Virus record (IMG/VR): IMGVR_UViG_3300043473_000054
DNA: 64,000 nt
Source: an uncultured virus (IMG/VR IMGVR_UViG_3300043473_000054)
Lineage: Duplodnaviria > Heunggongvirae > Uroviricota > Caudoviricetes
Direction: 5' to 3' (one strand)
Shown: positions 1-11,100 of the stretch, piece by piece
Layout: each line of letters opens with the position of its first letter
Numbering within the stretch: position 1 is the first letter of the stretch
Notes under the pieces: model-generated
What the model was told of the DNA's origin: nothing
Databases searched by the model: none
Seen by the model: the letters and a program-made list of their open reading frames with translations, nothing else
Program-made: the position numbers and the translations under genes

Positions 1-463
1 CGCCGGGCCGGACCCGATGGACATGGATCTTCCGGGCCTGCCGTCGCTGGACAGCTTCATCTACCGCTCCGGAGCGCCCGTCCTCGCGGCAGTCGGCACG
101 GACTTGCAGCTCTCGACCATGGAGGGGCCTAACCTGGCGGCGACGTTGCTGACTGGCTCCCATGAGTTCCAGGCTGGGCGACGGGTGAGAATGCGCAGTG
201 TGCTGACCTACATCGAGGAAAGCCGGCGCGCAGGGGACGGGCTTACCTACGAGCCGAGCACCATCACCGTAAAAGTGTCGAAGCGGCAACGCTATGGCGA
301 CGACTGGCTGACGTCGTCCGCCATACCGCAGCAGCGTAGCGGTTACTACCGCATGAATGCAGACGGGCACTTTCACCGTTTTCAGATCGACATTCCGGCC
401 GGGACGGATTGGCAGCATGCGGCGGGCTGGGAGGCGGACTTCGTGCCGACGACTGGCCGGTGA
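1..463 (+). CDS. Tail nozzle/DNA-stabilisation-like protein, 3' part (5' truncated)
   Basis: Near-identical to the C-terminus of 40497..41975. Confidence 0.7.
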   Translation, partial: AGPDPMDMDLPGLPSLDSFIYRSGAPVLAAVGTDLQLSTMEGPNLAATLLTGSHEFQAGRRVRMRSVLTYIEESRRAGDGLTYEPSTITVKVSKRQRYGDDWLTSSAIPQQRSGYYRMNADGHFHRFQIDIPAGTDWQHAAGWEADFVPTTGR

Positions 464-768
464 AGCAAGTCGACGCGCGCTCTCGCGATATCAGGGAACA
501 CGCCGAGGCGCTGTTTCTGCTGACGCGGGATAGGGACGATATCGTGACGCTGACGGCGGGAGCGACGACAACTGTCGTGACAGATCCGACCGTGACACCG
601 GATACGGTATTTATCTTCGATCCGCTGACCGCCAGTGCGGCGGCGGAGCTCGCTGCCGGCACGATGTATGTGCTCGCTGCCGATCGGCTGCTGGGCTCTT
701 TCACCATTACCCACGCCAACGCCGGAACGACGGACAGAATCTTCCGCTGGCTGGCGGCTGGAGACTGA
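460..768 (+). CDS. Small virion/tail protein
   Basis: GTGA overlap with upstream gene; conserved copy at 41972..42280. Confidence 0.75.
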   Translation: MKQVDARSRDIREHAEALFLLTRDRDDIVTLTAGATTTVVTDPTVTPDTVFIFDPLTASAAAELAAGTMYVLAADRLLGSFTITHANAGTTDRIFRWLAAGD

Positions 769-772
769 CACC

Positions 773-3250
773 ATGGCAACAAGCGACAATCCCTTCGGAG
801 GAGCATCTTCCGGAGGTGCCGGAGGCATGTTCGGCGGCGGCATGTGGGGTGGGGGAGGTGGGATGTCCTACGGCATGCCCCCGCAGCAGGGCTATGGCGG
901 GTATGGTGGCGGCTACGGGGGCATGTCCTCGCCCTATGGAGGCGGCTACGGCGGTTTTGGCGGTGGGATGCCATACGGGGGCGGCTACGGCATGCAATCG
1001 CCCTACGGGCCTCCTGGAGGCTATGGCGGCGGCTATGGAATGCAGTCTCCCTATGGCGGATACGGAGGCGGCTACAGCCCCTATGGCATGCCGCAGGGCT
1101 ATGGCGGGTATGGTGGCGGCTATAGTCCCTATGGAATGCCGTCGCAGTATGGGCCGCAGGCGTCCTACGGCATGCCGCAGCAGCAGACGATGGCCGCGCC
1201 GCAGACAATGGCGGCAACACAGGAGGGCGCAGGAGACGCCACGGCAAGTGGCGATGTTGTCTCTCCCGCCGCCGCTGCTGGCGGCGCATTTAATTTCAGT
1301 GGCAGCCAATCACAGACATTCTCTCCGTGGGGGCCGCAGGGCGAGCAACTAAGGCGGCTCATGTCGGGATATACCGGCAGGATAGTCGATGGCAAACCCG
1401 AGGAAGTCTCGAACGCAGGGCTCGCCACGACCGGGGCAATGGGCGAGCTCTACAAGCAGCAGCAGCTCGGGCCGACCGGCTTTGATCCGCAGAGCGAGGC
1501 CGCCCTGCAGCGCATGCAGGCGCTCGCCACGGGCGCCAACCCGATGGTGGACGCCGCCACCGGGGCCACGCAGGACATCGCCTCCGGGCAGGCCGGCATC
1601 GGCACCGGCGGCATGTTCCAGGGCCTCTATGACCAGCCCGGCATCCAGAACCTGCAGCAATACCAGGACATGTACAACACGCCGGGCATCGGCGGCATTG
1701 ATCAGTATGGCAGGATGGCCGGGCAGAATGCCATCGGGAACGCTGACCAATACAGCCAGATGATCGGGCAGAACGCGATCGGCAACGAAGGTGACTACCG
1801 GAGCTTTGCCGCCAACCAACTCGATCCAAGCCAGTTCAATCAGCTTTACGCCAACAATGGCATCAGCCAGGGCGGCTATAACCAGCTTATCGGAGCGCCG
1901 GGCACGGACGCCAGTCGCATGGCGAGCATCTACGGCGGGCCGGGCGTCGATACGGCGATGTATGAGGGCCTGCGCAGCCCTAAATTTCAGGCGTCCACCG
2001 ACATGTACGCCAACCTCTACAACAACAATAACAACGCTTTTGGAGCCGAGAACTACCAGCCGCTCCTGCAGGGCTCGCAGGGACCGGGAAGTCTTGCCGG
2101 CGGCATGTTCGGACAGATGGCCGGTGGCGACCTCGTTAATGCCAATCCCTACCGCGAGCAGGCCATCCAGGACGCCATGGATCAGACCAGCGACCAGGTG
2201 AAGGCGACGATGTCTTCACGCGGACGCTACGGCTCGGACGCCTATGGCGATGCGATGGGCAAGGCGCTCGGGCAGGTCGCCACGCAGGCCCGCATGCAGG
2301 GCTACGACACCGATACCGCAAATATGATGCAGGCGGCACAGGCCCGTAGCGGCGAGGACTTGGCGCGACAGGGCGTTGGCCTGTCGGCGGCCGGCGGAAT
2401 AGCCGGGGCGCTCGGGCAGCGATACCAGGGCCTGCTCGGCGCCGCGGGCGGTTATGCCGGAGTGCAGCAGGGGAACCTGCAGAACCAACTAGCCGCAACG
2501 AATGCGCTCGCCGGAGCGCAGGGGACAAACATCGCCAACCGGATGGGCGCGGCACAGTCGCTGATGAATGTCGGCAGCACTGACTACCAGAACCGCCTGG
2601 CGGCCCTGCAGGGTCTTACCGGGGCGCAGGCGCAGGGCGGGCAATTGCAGCTCGGCGCCGCGCAGGGGGCATACGGGGCCGCTGCGCAAAACCGTCAAAA
2701 CCAACTCGCGGCCGCGCAGGGCATTACCGGCCTGCAGAGCCAGAATGCACAGCAGCGACTGGCGCAGATCCAAGGGCTATCGGGCATTCAGGGTACCAAT
2801 TACCAGTCGCAGCTTGGGGCGCTCGGGCAAATGAACGCCGCCCAGCAGATGGCCAATCAGCAGCGTATGGCTGCGGCGCAGGGGTTGACCGGAGCGCAAG
2901 GGCAAAACTGGCAGAATCAGCTCGGGGCAGCGCAGGGCCTGACCGGCGTCAGCGCGCAGGATCTGCAGAACCGCATGACGGCGGCCGGCATGGCTCCCGC
3001 CATGCAGGGGCTGCGCTACGACGATGCGCAGCGGCAGGCGCAGGTGGGCGCGGCGCGTGAGGCGATGCTGCAGCAGCAGCGGCAATTCGGCTGGGATCAG
3101 CTTGCCCGATACCAGGGCCTGATCGGCGGTGTCCCAGGCGCAAGCGGCACATCAAAGACAACAGAGCAACGTCCCTGGTGGCAGGATGCTCTCGGCGCCG
3201 CATCAACCGCCGCCGGAATATGGGGCGCTATTCCTGGTCCCACCGCTTAG
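773..3250 (+). CDS. Gly/Gln/Ala-rich putative ejection/internal virion protein with G/Y-rich low-complexity N-terminus
   Basis: GGAG RBS before ATG 773; homolog at 42285..44681; lies after tail genes. Confidence 0.65.
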   Translation: MATSDNPFGGASSGGAGGMFGGGMWGGGGGMSYGMPPQQGYGGYGGGYGGMSSPYGGGYGGFGGGMPYGGGYGMQSPYGPPGGYGGGYGMQSPYGGYGGGYSPYGMPQGYGGYGGGYSPYGMPSQYGPQASYGMPQQQTMAAPQTMAATQEGAGDATASGDVVSPAAAAGGAFNFSGSQSQTFSPWGPQGEQLRRLMSGYTGRIVDGKPEEVSNAGLATTGAMGELYKQQQLGPTGFDPQSEAALQRMQALATGANPMVDAATGATQDIASGQAGIGTGGMFQGLYDQPGIQNLQQYQDMYNTPGIGGIDQYGRMAGQNAIGNADQYSQMIGQNAIGNEGDYRSFAANQLDPSQFNQLYANNGISQGGYNQLIGAPGTDASRMASIYGGPGVDTAMYEGLRSPKFQASTDMYANLYNNNNNAFGAENYQPLLQGSQGPGSLAGGMFGQMAGGDLVNANPYREQAIQDAMDQTSDQVKATMSSRGRYGSDAYGDAMGKALGQVATQARMQGYDTDTANMMQAAQARSGEDLARQGVGLSAAGGIAGALGQRYQGLLGAAGGYAGVQQGNLQNQLAATNALAGAQGTNIANRMGAAQSLMNVGSTDYQNRLAALQGLTGAQAQGGQLQLGAAQGAYGAAAQNRQNQLAAAQGITGLQSQNAQQRLAQIQGLSGIQGTNYQSQLGALGQMNAAQQMANQQRMAAAQGLTGAQGQNWQNQLGAAQGLTGVSAQDLQNRMTAAGMAPAMQGLRYDDAQRQAQVGAAREAMLQQQRQFGWDQLARYQGLIGGVPGASGTSKTTEQRPWWQDALGAASTAAGIWGAIPGPTA

Positions 3251-3267
3251 TCTGAGGCAAGTCAACG

Positions 3268-4188
3268 ATGGCAAACACGGACTTCGACCCTCGCGCCCAG
3301 CCGCAGCCGCTGTTCGCTGGCAACAATCTGCTCGGCACTGCGCAGGGCATGTTCGGCGGCCTGCGACGCGGCTTCCGGGCGGGCGGCCAGGCGCTGCATC
3401 CCTACTCCAACCGGCTGATGCTGGCCGGGCTCGGCATGCTCGGCGGCGGGCCGCGGGATGCGATGAAGGGACTGGTGGCGGGCTCGGCGCTGGATACGGA
3501 GGATGCCGATCGGCGGAAGCTCAATGAAGCTATCCAGGGGCTGATGGACGACACAAGCGGCACTGGCCTTCTTGCCAAGGCATCTCCAGCAGAGAGAGCT
3601 TACCTGCTGGCGTCTCCGCCGACGCTGAGCAAGGTAATTGCGGACCAGATGTCGCCACCGAGCGCGGGCGTTCAGGTCTTTGCCGGCGACTATAAAGTCC
3701 CGACTGGCTATAGGCCAGCCGATCCGAACAACCCAGATGCGGGTGTTGAGCCCATTCCCGGCGGTCCGGCGGAGCAATTGTCGGGAGATTTGGCAGGGCG
3801 CATCGGCTTGGCAGATAGTTTTCTGGGCGAGGCTCCAGCCATACGGACGAAGATCGTTGGCGGAGAGGCTACCGGCCTAGTGGATCGCACGCAGGCGGGA
3901 TGGAACAGTTCTTCGACACAGGCTGAAGTGCGCCGCAAGATATTGTCCGGCGTCGATGCGTTAAAACGCATGTTGAGTGGAGCCGGACTGCCAATTGCTG
4001 AGCAGGCTGAATATGAGATGCGCTATCTCCCGTCCTACACTGACGATGCAGCCTCTGCCGCTTCAAAGCTCGATCAATTGACGATGGAGTTGAAGAAAAC
4101 CAAGGAAATGGTTTTGCGCGGGCGGGGCGGCGCGGATGAACCGCAATCGAGCGGTGCCGATCTCAAAAAGCAATATGGGCTCGAATAG
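3268..4188 (+). CDS. Putative DNA-ejection protein (constant N-terminus, variable C-terminus)
   Basis: First ~75 aa shared with 45165..46250; podovirus ejection-gene position. Confidence 0.6.
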   Translation: MANTDFDPRAQPQPLFAGNNLLGTAQGMFGGLRRGFRAGGQALHPYSNRLMLAGLGMLGGGPRDAMKGLVAGSALDTEDADRRKLNEAIQGLMDDTSGTGLLAKASPAERAYLLASPPTLSKVIADQMSPPSAGVQVFAGDYKVPTGYRPADPNNPDAGVEPIPGGPAEQLSGDLAGRIGLADSFLGEAPAIRTKIVGGEATGLVDRTQAGWNSSSTQAEVRRKILSGVDALKRMLSGAGLPIAEQAEYEMRYLPSYTDDAASAASKLDQLTMELKKTKEMVLRGRGGADEPQSSGADLKKQYGLE

Positions 4189-4190
4189 CC

Positions 4191-5801
4191 ATGGCTGACC
4201 CGCTCGATCTTCCGCGCATCAAGCGCAATATTTCCAAGATGATCGACCTCGGCGCGCCCAAGGCTGACATAGACCGATACCTCGCAGAGGAAGGGACAAC
4301 GCCTGAAGCAATCCGTGGTGCGCCTCTCCATGCGCCTGCACCTGATCGCATCTCGGGAGCCTTCGAGGCCGCTCAACCGGTCCGCCAGGTGGACAAGATC
4401 GTGGAGCCAAGGCGCGGCCTGTTCACGAGCCGTAACCGCCTTGGCGACGTGAGCTTCATCCCGCCCGCGCTGCAAGACCTCTACGGAGCGACCGAGACAG
4501 TTGGCGGTGTCTTGCGGGGCGACGTTCCAGCAATGGTGCCCGACACCGGACAGGGCGTCACCAACCCGCAAGTGGAAAGCGCAGCAAAGACGATCGGTGC
4601 GGCGGCCTTGCCGGTCAACCCGGCTTTCCGGGCGGGCGATTTGGCGATACCGGGAATGATGCGAGCCCCGCTGCGCAAGGCAGCGCCTAAAATACCGACA
4701 AGGGAGGAATTGTATCAGGTCGGGGATGCCGGCTATGATCGCGCCCGAGGTATGGGGGTAGACTACAATCCCAGCTTCGTTGCCAACCTAGCCGCACAAA
4801 CTCAAGCTGCCTTGGATCGCGATGGCTTCAGGATCAAAAACGCCCCCAATACGCTCAACGTCCTCCGCGATCTCCAACGCATCCCAAAGACAGGTCCGGG
4901 CGAAAGATCCATCGTCCAGCTTGACGACCTTGAGACAGCGCGAAAGGCACTCCGCAGGATACCCAAAGGCCCCTACTACAACCAGGACAGAGAGGCAGCG
5001 CGGCGCGTCATTGCCGCAATTGATCAGTTCGCTGAAGAGCCTCCTGCGGCGGGGGTTGTGGCTGGATCCGCTGATTTCCAAAGAGCAGAGCAAAGCGCTG
5101 GAAGCGGAGTATTGGGCAACACGCCAGGCGGTGGCCGAGGAGGCTTTGCACAGCAGGCGCAGCAAATCGCGGAAGATCGAGCCCGACAGGCTGGAGCCAT
5201 CCAGAAAGAAGCCCGAGCCAACTGGGCCGCAATGGAACGATCAAAGGAAGTTGCCGGAAAGCAGAAGTATGCCCAATGGCGAGCCTGGGCATCAAACTCC
5301 GGCGCAAATATCGACAACAACCTACGAAATCGCGTTACCGATCTCCTCATCGACATCGACAAAGGACGGATCAAGGGTTTTTCTAAAGCGGAGCAAGACG
5401 AGCTTATAGGCTTCGTCAAGGGCTCGAAAACCCGCAACTTTTCCCGCAAGGTAGCCAACCTTCTCGGCGGTGGTGGCGGCTTGGGAGCACTGCTTACCGG
5501 CGGTGTTGCAGGAGCTTATTACGGAATGCCGGGGGCTCTTGCGCTGCCAGTGGTGGGAGTTGGTACCAAGGTGGCGGAAAACGCTCTTGCTCGCAGCGCA
5601 ATGCGCAAGCTGGACGAGACAGTCCGTAAACGCTCCCCGCTCTTTGACCAGCGGCTGGCACTGTCACCCTCTGCGCCACTGACGGCCGAGGCAAGGGCGG
5701 CGGCGTTACGGGCGTTGGCGGCTGGGGGGCCGTCGCCCCTAACAGTCTACCTCAACGCCAACGAGCGCAAACGCTTCATGGGCGGCCCTCTTATTCGATA
5801 G
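4191..5801 (+). CDS. Putative DNA-ejection/transfer protein
   Basis: Same slot as 46247..47902 with weak C-terminal similarity and a Gly-rich hydrophobic tail. Confidence 0.6.
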   Translation: MADPLDLPRIKRNISKMIDLGAPKADIDRYLAEEGTTPEAIRGAPLHAPAPDRISGAFEAAQPVRQVDKIVEPRRGLFTSRNRLGDVSFIPPALQDLYGATETVGGVLRGDVPAMVPDTGQGVTNPQVESAAKTIGAAALPVNPAFRAGDLAIPGMMRAPLRKAAPKIPTREELYQVGDAGYDRARGMGVDYNPSFVANLAAQTQAALDRDGFRIKNAPNTLNVLRDLQRIPKTGPGERSIVQLDDLETARKALRRIPKGPYYNQDREAARRVIAAIDQFAEEPPAAGVVAGSADFQRAEQSAGSGVLGNTPGGGRGGFAQQAQQIAEDRARQAGAIQKEARANWAAMERSKEVAGKQKYAQWRAWASNSGANIDNNLRNRVTDLLIDIDKGRIKGFSKAEQDELIGFVKGSKTRNFSRKVANLLGGGGGLGALLTGGVAGAYYGMPGALALPVVGVGTKVAENALARSAMRKLDETVRKRSPLFDQRLALSPSAPLTAEARAAALRALAAGGPSPLTVYLNANERKRFMGGPLIR

Positions 5802-5860
5802 CTGGCCGCCCGCGCCTGTGGCCGTTCTTCCCTTCCCGACATTTTTTGAAAGGCACTTCG

Positions 5861-7672
5861 ATGGCCTATGAAGACGCGCGGATGCGAGCCGCGAGGCTTT
5901 TCCGTGAGGCTGTCACCCGCGATCCGAGCCTCTACAAGGAGTTCGCGCCGAAGTTCCAGACTGTGGGCCTGGACATCAGCATGGGAGCGCCCAAGGGCTG
6001 GACGCTGCCCGCCATGCCGGACACGACACCAAGCGCGTTTGGCGACCGAAACATGCCGCGTGCGCGCCCGGACATGCCTCCCGGATTTACTGCGACCGAC
6101 GATCCGTATCTGGCGCGTCAGAATATGCCGCCACCAGCGTCAGGACTGGCGCCAGACGCACCCTTCATGGCAAATCCGGCAGTCGCTGCCGGCGCAATGC
6201 AGCCGGCCTCGTCGCTCTATCCCGGCTTTGCCCAAGCACCCGAGAGGGAAAGGGCTACCGGGTCATCGTTTTCAGGGCTCACTCGTCGAAGGCTGGATGC
6301 CAATGCGCTCGCCCCGTTACAGCAATTGACGCCAGGCGCCCCCCCGCCGCCTATGGCAGGGGCAGGGCCGCCGTCACCTCTTGCGCAGGCTGGAGGGCCA
6401 TCACCGCTTACCGGGGCAGGCCCTCCGCCGCCAATGGCGGGCATGGGTCCGCCGTCGCCGATCGTCGGGAGAACTCCACTACCGAGCACCATGCCGGGCA
6501 GCGAGACGATGGGGCCGCCATCGCCGCTAGCCTCGCGCTTTGGCGACAATTCGCAGCTTGCCTCTGGAGCGTTCAGCGGCGGGCAGCCCAGACCGCCTTC
6601 GCCAATCGCCGGGATGATGGGGCCACCGTCCCCGCTAGCGTCAAGGTTCGGCGACAGATCGCAGCTTCCGGGTGGAGCGTTTACTGGTGGTGCGCCGCCA
6701 CCCATGGCGGGCGGGCCTACCCCGCAGCAATTGGAGGCCGCGCGGGACCAAGTGCGGCAGATGGCAGCCCTGCCGTCTGTTCCGCCGCCAAAGTCGCTTC
6801 AGCCGATCGAGACGACGCCCACCTCGACAATGCCCAACCCGCTGCAGAGGCAGCCGCTCGATCTCGCGGCAGGCGTAGGGGCACCCAAGCTGCCGCTCGG
6901 CTCGACGAACATGCCATTTGCAGGGATGCCAAGGGCGTCCGTTGCCGAGCGCACGGCAGATGTATTGGGGCCGTTGCCTCCAGGGGCGGGCACAGGGATT
7001 TCCGCCAAGCCCGTCGAGGCGCCGCTCGGCACCACCACCCGAGGGCTCCCGCCAGCGCCGGAAGTTCCTGTGGCCCCCCCGGCTGGCACGCCAACCATGA
7101 TTGCATCCATGCCTCCGGTAAACGTGCAATCGGTCGGCCTCGACCAAGCGCTGGCTCTTTCCGGCACTGCTCCGCCATCTGCCATAACGCCGACGACAGC
7201 GCCGCGCGGCAAAGGGGCGGCTCGTCAGGCGCCCGCCGCTCCTGCCCCAGAGGCTTCGACAACGCCGAAGTGGAGGAACGCCCCGAACCTTGGCACATAC
7301 GCAGGCGCGGCTGCGGGAGGACTCGTCAGCGGTATACCCGGAGCTCTTGCAGGTGCGACGCTGGGACGAGGCATCGGAAAAATTGTGCAGATGGTGCGCA
7401 GCGGCAAGGCGTCAGTCGACGAGAACGGCAACATCATCGATAAGGCCGGCAACATCCTCGGGAGGGCTGCCGACCTGGCCGGCAGTGCAGGCAGAGGCAT
7501 GGGCGGCATCTTCGGTGGTGGCGGCAGCAGCCTAAGTGGCGGCGGTGGCATGGGCGGCTGGGGCGGCTCTGGAGGATGGGGCGGCGGCAGCAGCTACACG
7601 GGCGGCGGATACGGCGGCAATGCCGGCGGGAACATAAATCAGGGCGTGGGCCAGCGGTTCGGCCAGCGCTAG
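5861..7672 (+). CDS. Pro/Gly-rich low-complexity protein, probably virion-associated
   Basis: GAAAGG RBS; SRFGDxSQLxxGAF repeats; homolog at 48149..50065. Confidence 0.65.
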   Translation: MAYEDARMRAARLFREAVTRDPSLYKEFAPKFQTVGLDISMGAPKGWTLPAMPDTTPSAFGDRNMPRARPDMPPGFTATDDPYLARQNMPPPASGLAPDAPFMANPAVAAGAMQPASSLYPGFAQAPERERATGSSFSGLTRRRLDANALAPLQQLTPGAPPPPMAGAGPPSPLAQAGGPSPLTGAGPPPPMAGMGPPSPIVGRTPLPSTMPGSETMGPPSPLASRFGDNSQLASGAFSGGQPRPPSPIAGMMGPPSPLASRFGDRSQLPGGAFTGGAPPPMAGGPTPQQLEAARDQVRQMAALPSVPPPKSLQPIETTPTSTMPNPLQRQPLDLAAGVGAPKLPLGSTNMPFAGMPRASVAERTADVLGPLPPGAGTGISAKPVEAPLGTTTRGLPPAPEVPVAPPAGTPTMIASMPPVNVQSVGLDQALALSGTAPPSAITPTTAPRGKGAARQAPAAPAPEASTTPKWRNAPNLGTYAGAAAGGLVSGIPGALAGATLGRGIGKIVQMVRSGKASVDENGNIIDKAGNILGRAADLAGSAGRGMGGIFGGGGSSLSGGGGMGGWGGSGGWGGGSSYTGGGYGGNAGGNINQGVGQRFGQR

Positions 7673-8127
7673 AGGTGCGTCCAGACTTGTCGCGTCTTTA
7701 TCTTCCACACGATCTGACGGCTGACGCCATAGTCTCTGGCGATGACACTGGATTTGCGGGTGTCCTCGCGTATCCGTAGCGCATCAACCTCTGTGAGCTT
7801 AGCTAGGGGATGGTTGCTTCCGTTGAGAATTGGACGACCATCTCCCCACCCACGGTGGCGTCGTTTCTGCTCCATGTCCCTGTGATTGTCGGTGCGAGTT
7901 CCAAGGAGCAGATGGTCGGGATTTACGCAGGACGGCGTATCACATTTATGGAGCACGCATAGGCCGGGTGGGATATCGCCACGATGCAGACCCCAAGAAA
8001 ACCGGTGCGCTCTGTCGCTATGGTGAAACCCATAGCCATGAGCATCCACAGGACCTTCCCAAAGCCAACAGCCTGAATTCGGCTCGGGGATATAGCGTTC
8101 ATTAAAGAGCGGCGTGCGCCATGCCAT
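7669..8127 (-). CDS. Free-standing HNH homing endonuclease
   Basis: GCWLW..AHR..VLHKCDTPSCVNPDHL..N motif; absent from unit Y. Confidence 0.9.
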   Translation of the reverse strand: MAWRTPLFNERYIPEPNSGCWLWEGPVDAHGYGFHHSDRAHRFSWGLHRGDIPPGLCVLHKCDTPSCVNPDHLLLGTRTDNHRDMEQKRRHRGWGDGRPILNGSNHPLAKLTEVDALRIREDTRKSSVIARDYGVSRQIVWKIKTRQVWTHL

Positions 8128-8166
8128 GCCGCCACCTTAGCACAATTTGTCTAAAGGAGAAGCCCC

Positions 8167-11100
8167 TTGAGCGGTGTAAGGGACTATTCGACCACGGCTG
8201 CGTCCAATCTATCTGTTGGGGGCATAAGTATCGCCGAAGGAATGGCGAGAGCTAGCGTCAACAATTCTATGCGCGAGCAGTTAAAGGACATCGCCAACCT
8301 CCTCCTCGACCAGGGTGGGAGCATTGCGACTACCGGCACCGGCACGGCCTATGTCCTGTCGCTCCCGAGCACGCCATCGGCCTACGATGACAACATGGCC
8401 TTCCTTGCCAAGATACACACGGCAGTCACCGGCGCGGCGACGATCAACATCAACGGGCTGGGCGTAAAACCCTTCAAGAAACTCGTCAACGGCGCCGCAG
8501 TAGACTTCGCAATCGGAGACATCCCGGCCGGGCATCGCGCGAGCTGCATCTATTCCTCCGCCGACAGTGCGGTGCTGATGCTGAATGCCGCGGTGACGTT
8601 CGGCGTCCAGTTCGTGGATAGCATCGACGACATGCGGGCGCTCCCCTCGCCCTCGCCGGGGACCGTTATTTTCGTCGGCCCGAACGCCGAGCAGTTCGTG
8701 GTCGTTGATGACCCGGCGCTCGCCACGGACGGCGGAACTGTCTTTATTCCCAACAGTGAATTGAGCGCCGTTTTTAGCGAGGCTATCCCCACCACTTATT
8801 TCCTCGGCGCGACCGGCTCCAACTGCACGATGGAATACGATCTCGCGCATACCGGCATCGACTTCGAGAGCGTCGAGCTGGTGGTGAGCGATCCGAATGT
8901 GCTGTTCCCGACCGGCGAGGTCATCAACATCTGGCACCTGCATGGGCATGTCTATAACCCCGGCTTTGTGGAACGTGCCGACCCGACGAGCGCCGGCTAT
9001 TCTCCGCAGCTTCCCAACATCGACACGGGCCGGGGAAAATTTCGTGATTCCATGGGAATATGGACACACGATTACGGCGGGGCGCATCCGCCCCTACGCA
9101 CCGGCGGAGCACTGCTGCGGTACAAATATGCTGTCAGCGGGCTTCGCTTCAAGCGCGTTATCAACGGCTCGGTGTTCCAGCTTCGCTGGTGGCCGGTGAT
9201 CTCAGTGGACGAGGAGACACCGGGCGTACAGACGGACAATTCCGGCAAGATATGCTGGTGCGCCAATGCTGCGGCGCTGGCCAATGCCGAGGCCGTTCTG
9301 ATCGACAAGATGTATCATTACAATCGCGTGGTCGAGTGGCCGAATGGCGTGGAAATGCGCGGCTATGGGCCGGGCGTCTCTGGTTTTCGTGTCGTTGATA
9401 ACGGGCAATACAAGGAGATCTTGCGGACGACTTCATCGGACGGCGGAGCCTCTGACTGGGCAACGGTCGGGCAGACGACGGACCCGCTGCTGAAGCCATC
9501 CACGCGGCAGTGGACTTACGACTCATTCTTCTATTCCCAGGCCACCGCATTCCTCCCGGCAACCGGCTCGGTGCGAACAAGAGTCAGCGGCATCGAGTGG
9601 GATGGGAATGTCGAAAACAACATGGAGATTTTCACACAGCGGGAGAACAAATACGCCTGGAAGTGGGCAAACAGCAGTAGTCAATTGTTTAACACGGTTT
9701 CCTCTTCGCCCATGACCATGTCAAATGCGGGGAACAGGATCATCCCGCCGGGGCATATCTGGGAAATCCATAATGTCAAGATGCACGGCTATGGGCACCT
9801 GATCCTCGGCAATCATAACAGCACCGCCATCGGCACCGGAACGCTTGAGCTTGGAAATTGCACCGTTAATCACTGGATGTATCTGGTGGACGGGGTCTTC
9901 GAGACGATCAGGTGCTTTGGCTATGTCATGGGGGACGCGCTACGCTGCCGTCTGATGGTGGCGAAAACCATAGAAATCCGCGCTGCACCGCACCCCGAGG
10001 CAATCTTCGCTCTCAGCTCGTTACCAGTTGGTGAGCAGACATACGTCGTTCGTGCGCAACAATATATTAATCTGAACGAGGGGGCACAGACCGACGATGA
10101 ATCCCATGGTGCGGTGTATCCGTCTCTAACGAAGACGAGGCTGGATATAGGGGATTTGTTCATTGACCTCACCGGGCTGGATGACTGGCCTACAGCCTAC
10201 GCCTATGAGGGGTCGATCCTCTGCTGGATCGGCGCCGACAACGTTCACATAAAGGCGGGGAAAATCCGCACCGGATCGAAGCAGCCGACGCAGCAGACAT
10301 TTATGAACACGAATACCGGATCACAGAGTTTTGGCCCTTTCAGAAACCAGGTCTACGAAAACATCCTCATCCAGTACGGGAACAGGGCGGGTTTTTCGCT
10401 ACAGTCGGCCGGGGTATCTGGCGATAACGGCGTCAGCCAACTGACATATCGGAATATCACTGTGGAGCCGATGGCGGCGACGCATATGACAAACGATCCC
10501 TCTCCGAGCGGGATTGTTATCCCGCTCGGCTCCTGGCGTTTTGCAGAGTACGTCCCGCCCGAGCCAACGCCGCCGGCTTATAGCATCTATGACGGAAGGA
10601 TTTTCGAGTTCAGCGCCACGACGGCCGCCACCTTAAGCGGCGACTGGATTGACATCACGCCGCCGGACGATGGGGCTCCGACATATCGTGTTTGGTTTAG
10701 CTATAATGGGTCGCCGGCAACAGTTGCCGGATCGAACCTGGTGCCTGTCGCACTCGTAACGGCCGACACTCCTGCAACGACGGCGGCCAAGTTCTCTGCC
10801 GCCATCGCAGGCACTAATCCGGTCCCAGGCGTCATGGCGGCGTATGTAACGGCGGCGACATTCAACACGCAATCGGTTGTCGGTTCCTGGTCAAGCTATC
10901 GTGGCGGGACAAAGAACGGGTTTATCGCGACGAACATCACCAACGCCACGGGTGTCACTACGGTGCTGCGCAGCTACCGGCGTAATTTCAATCCGGCATA
11001 TATCAGCTTCGAGCGCTACATAGCCCCCGATCCGATTTCGATATTTTTGATGACCATCGTTGAAGTCGGTCCGAATAAGGACATTACATTTTCGTTCAAG

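Noticed and set aside
860..1200. CRISPR-like or DNA-level repeat array
   Set aside because: Repeats are degenerate and in-frame, explained by GGYG peptide coding; no spacers or cas genes
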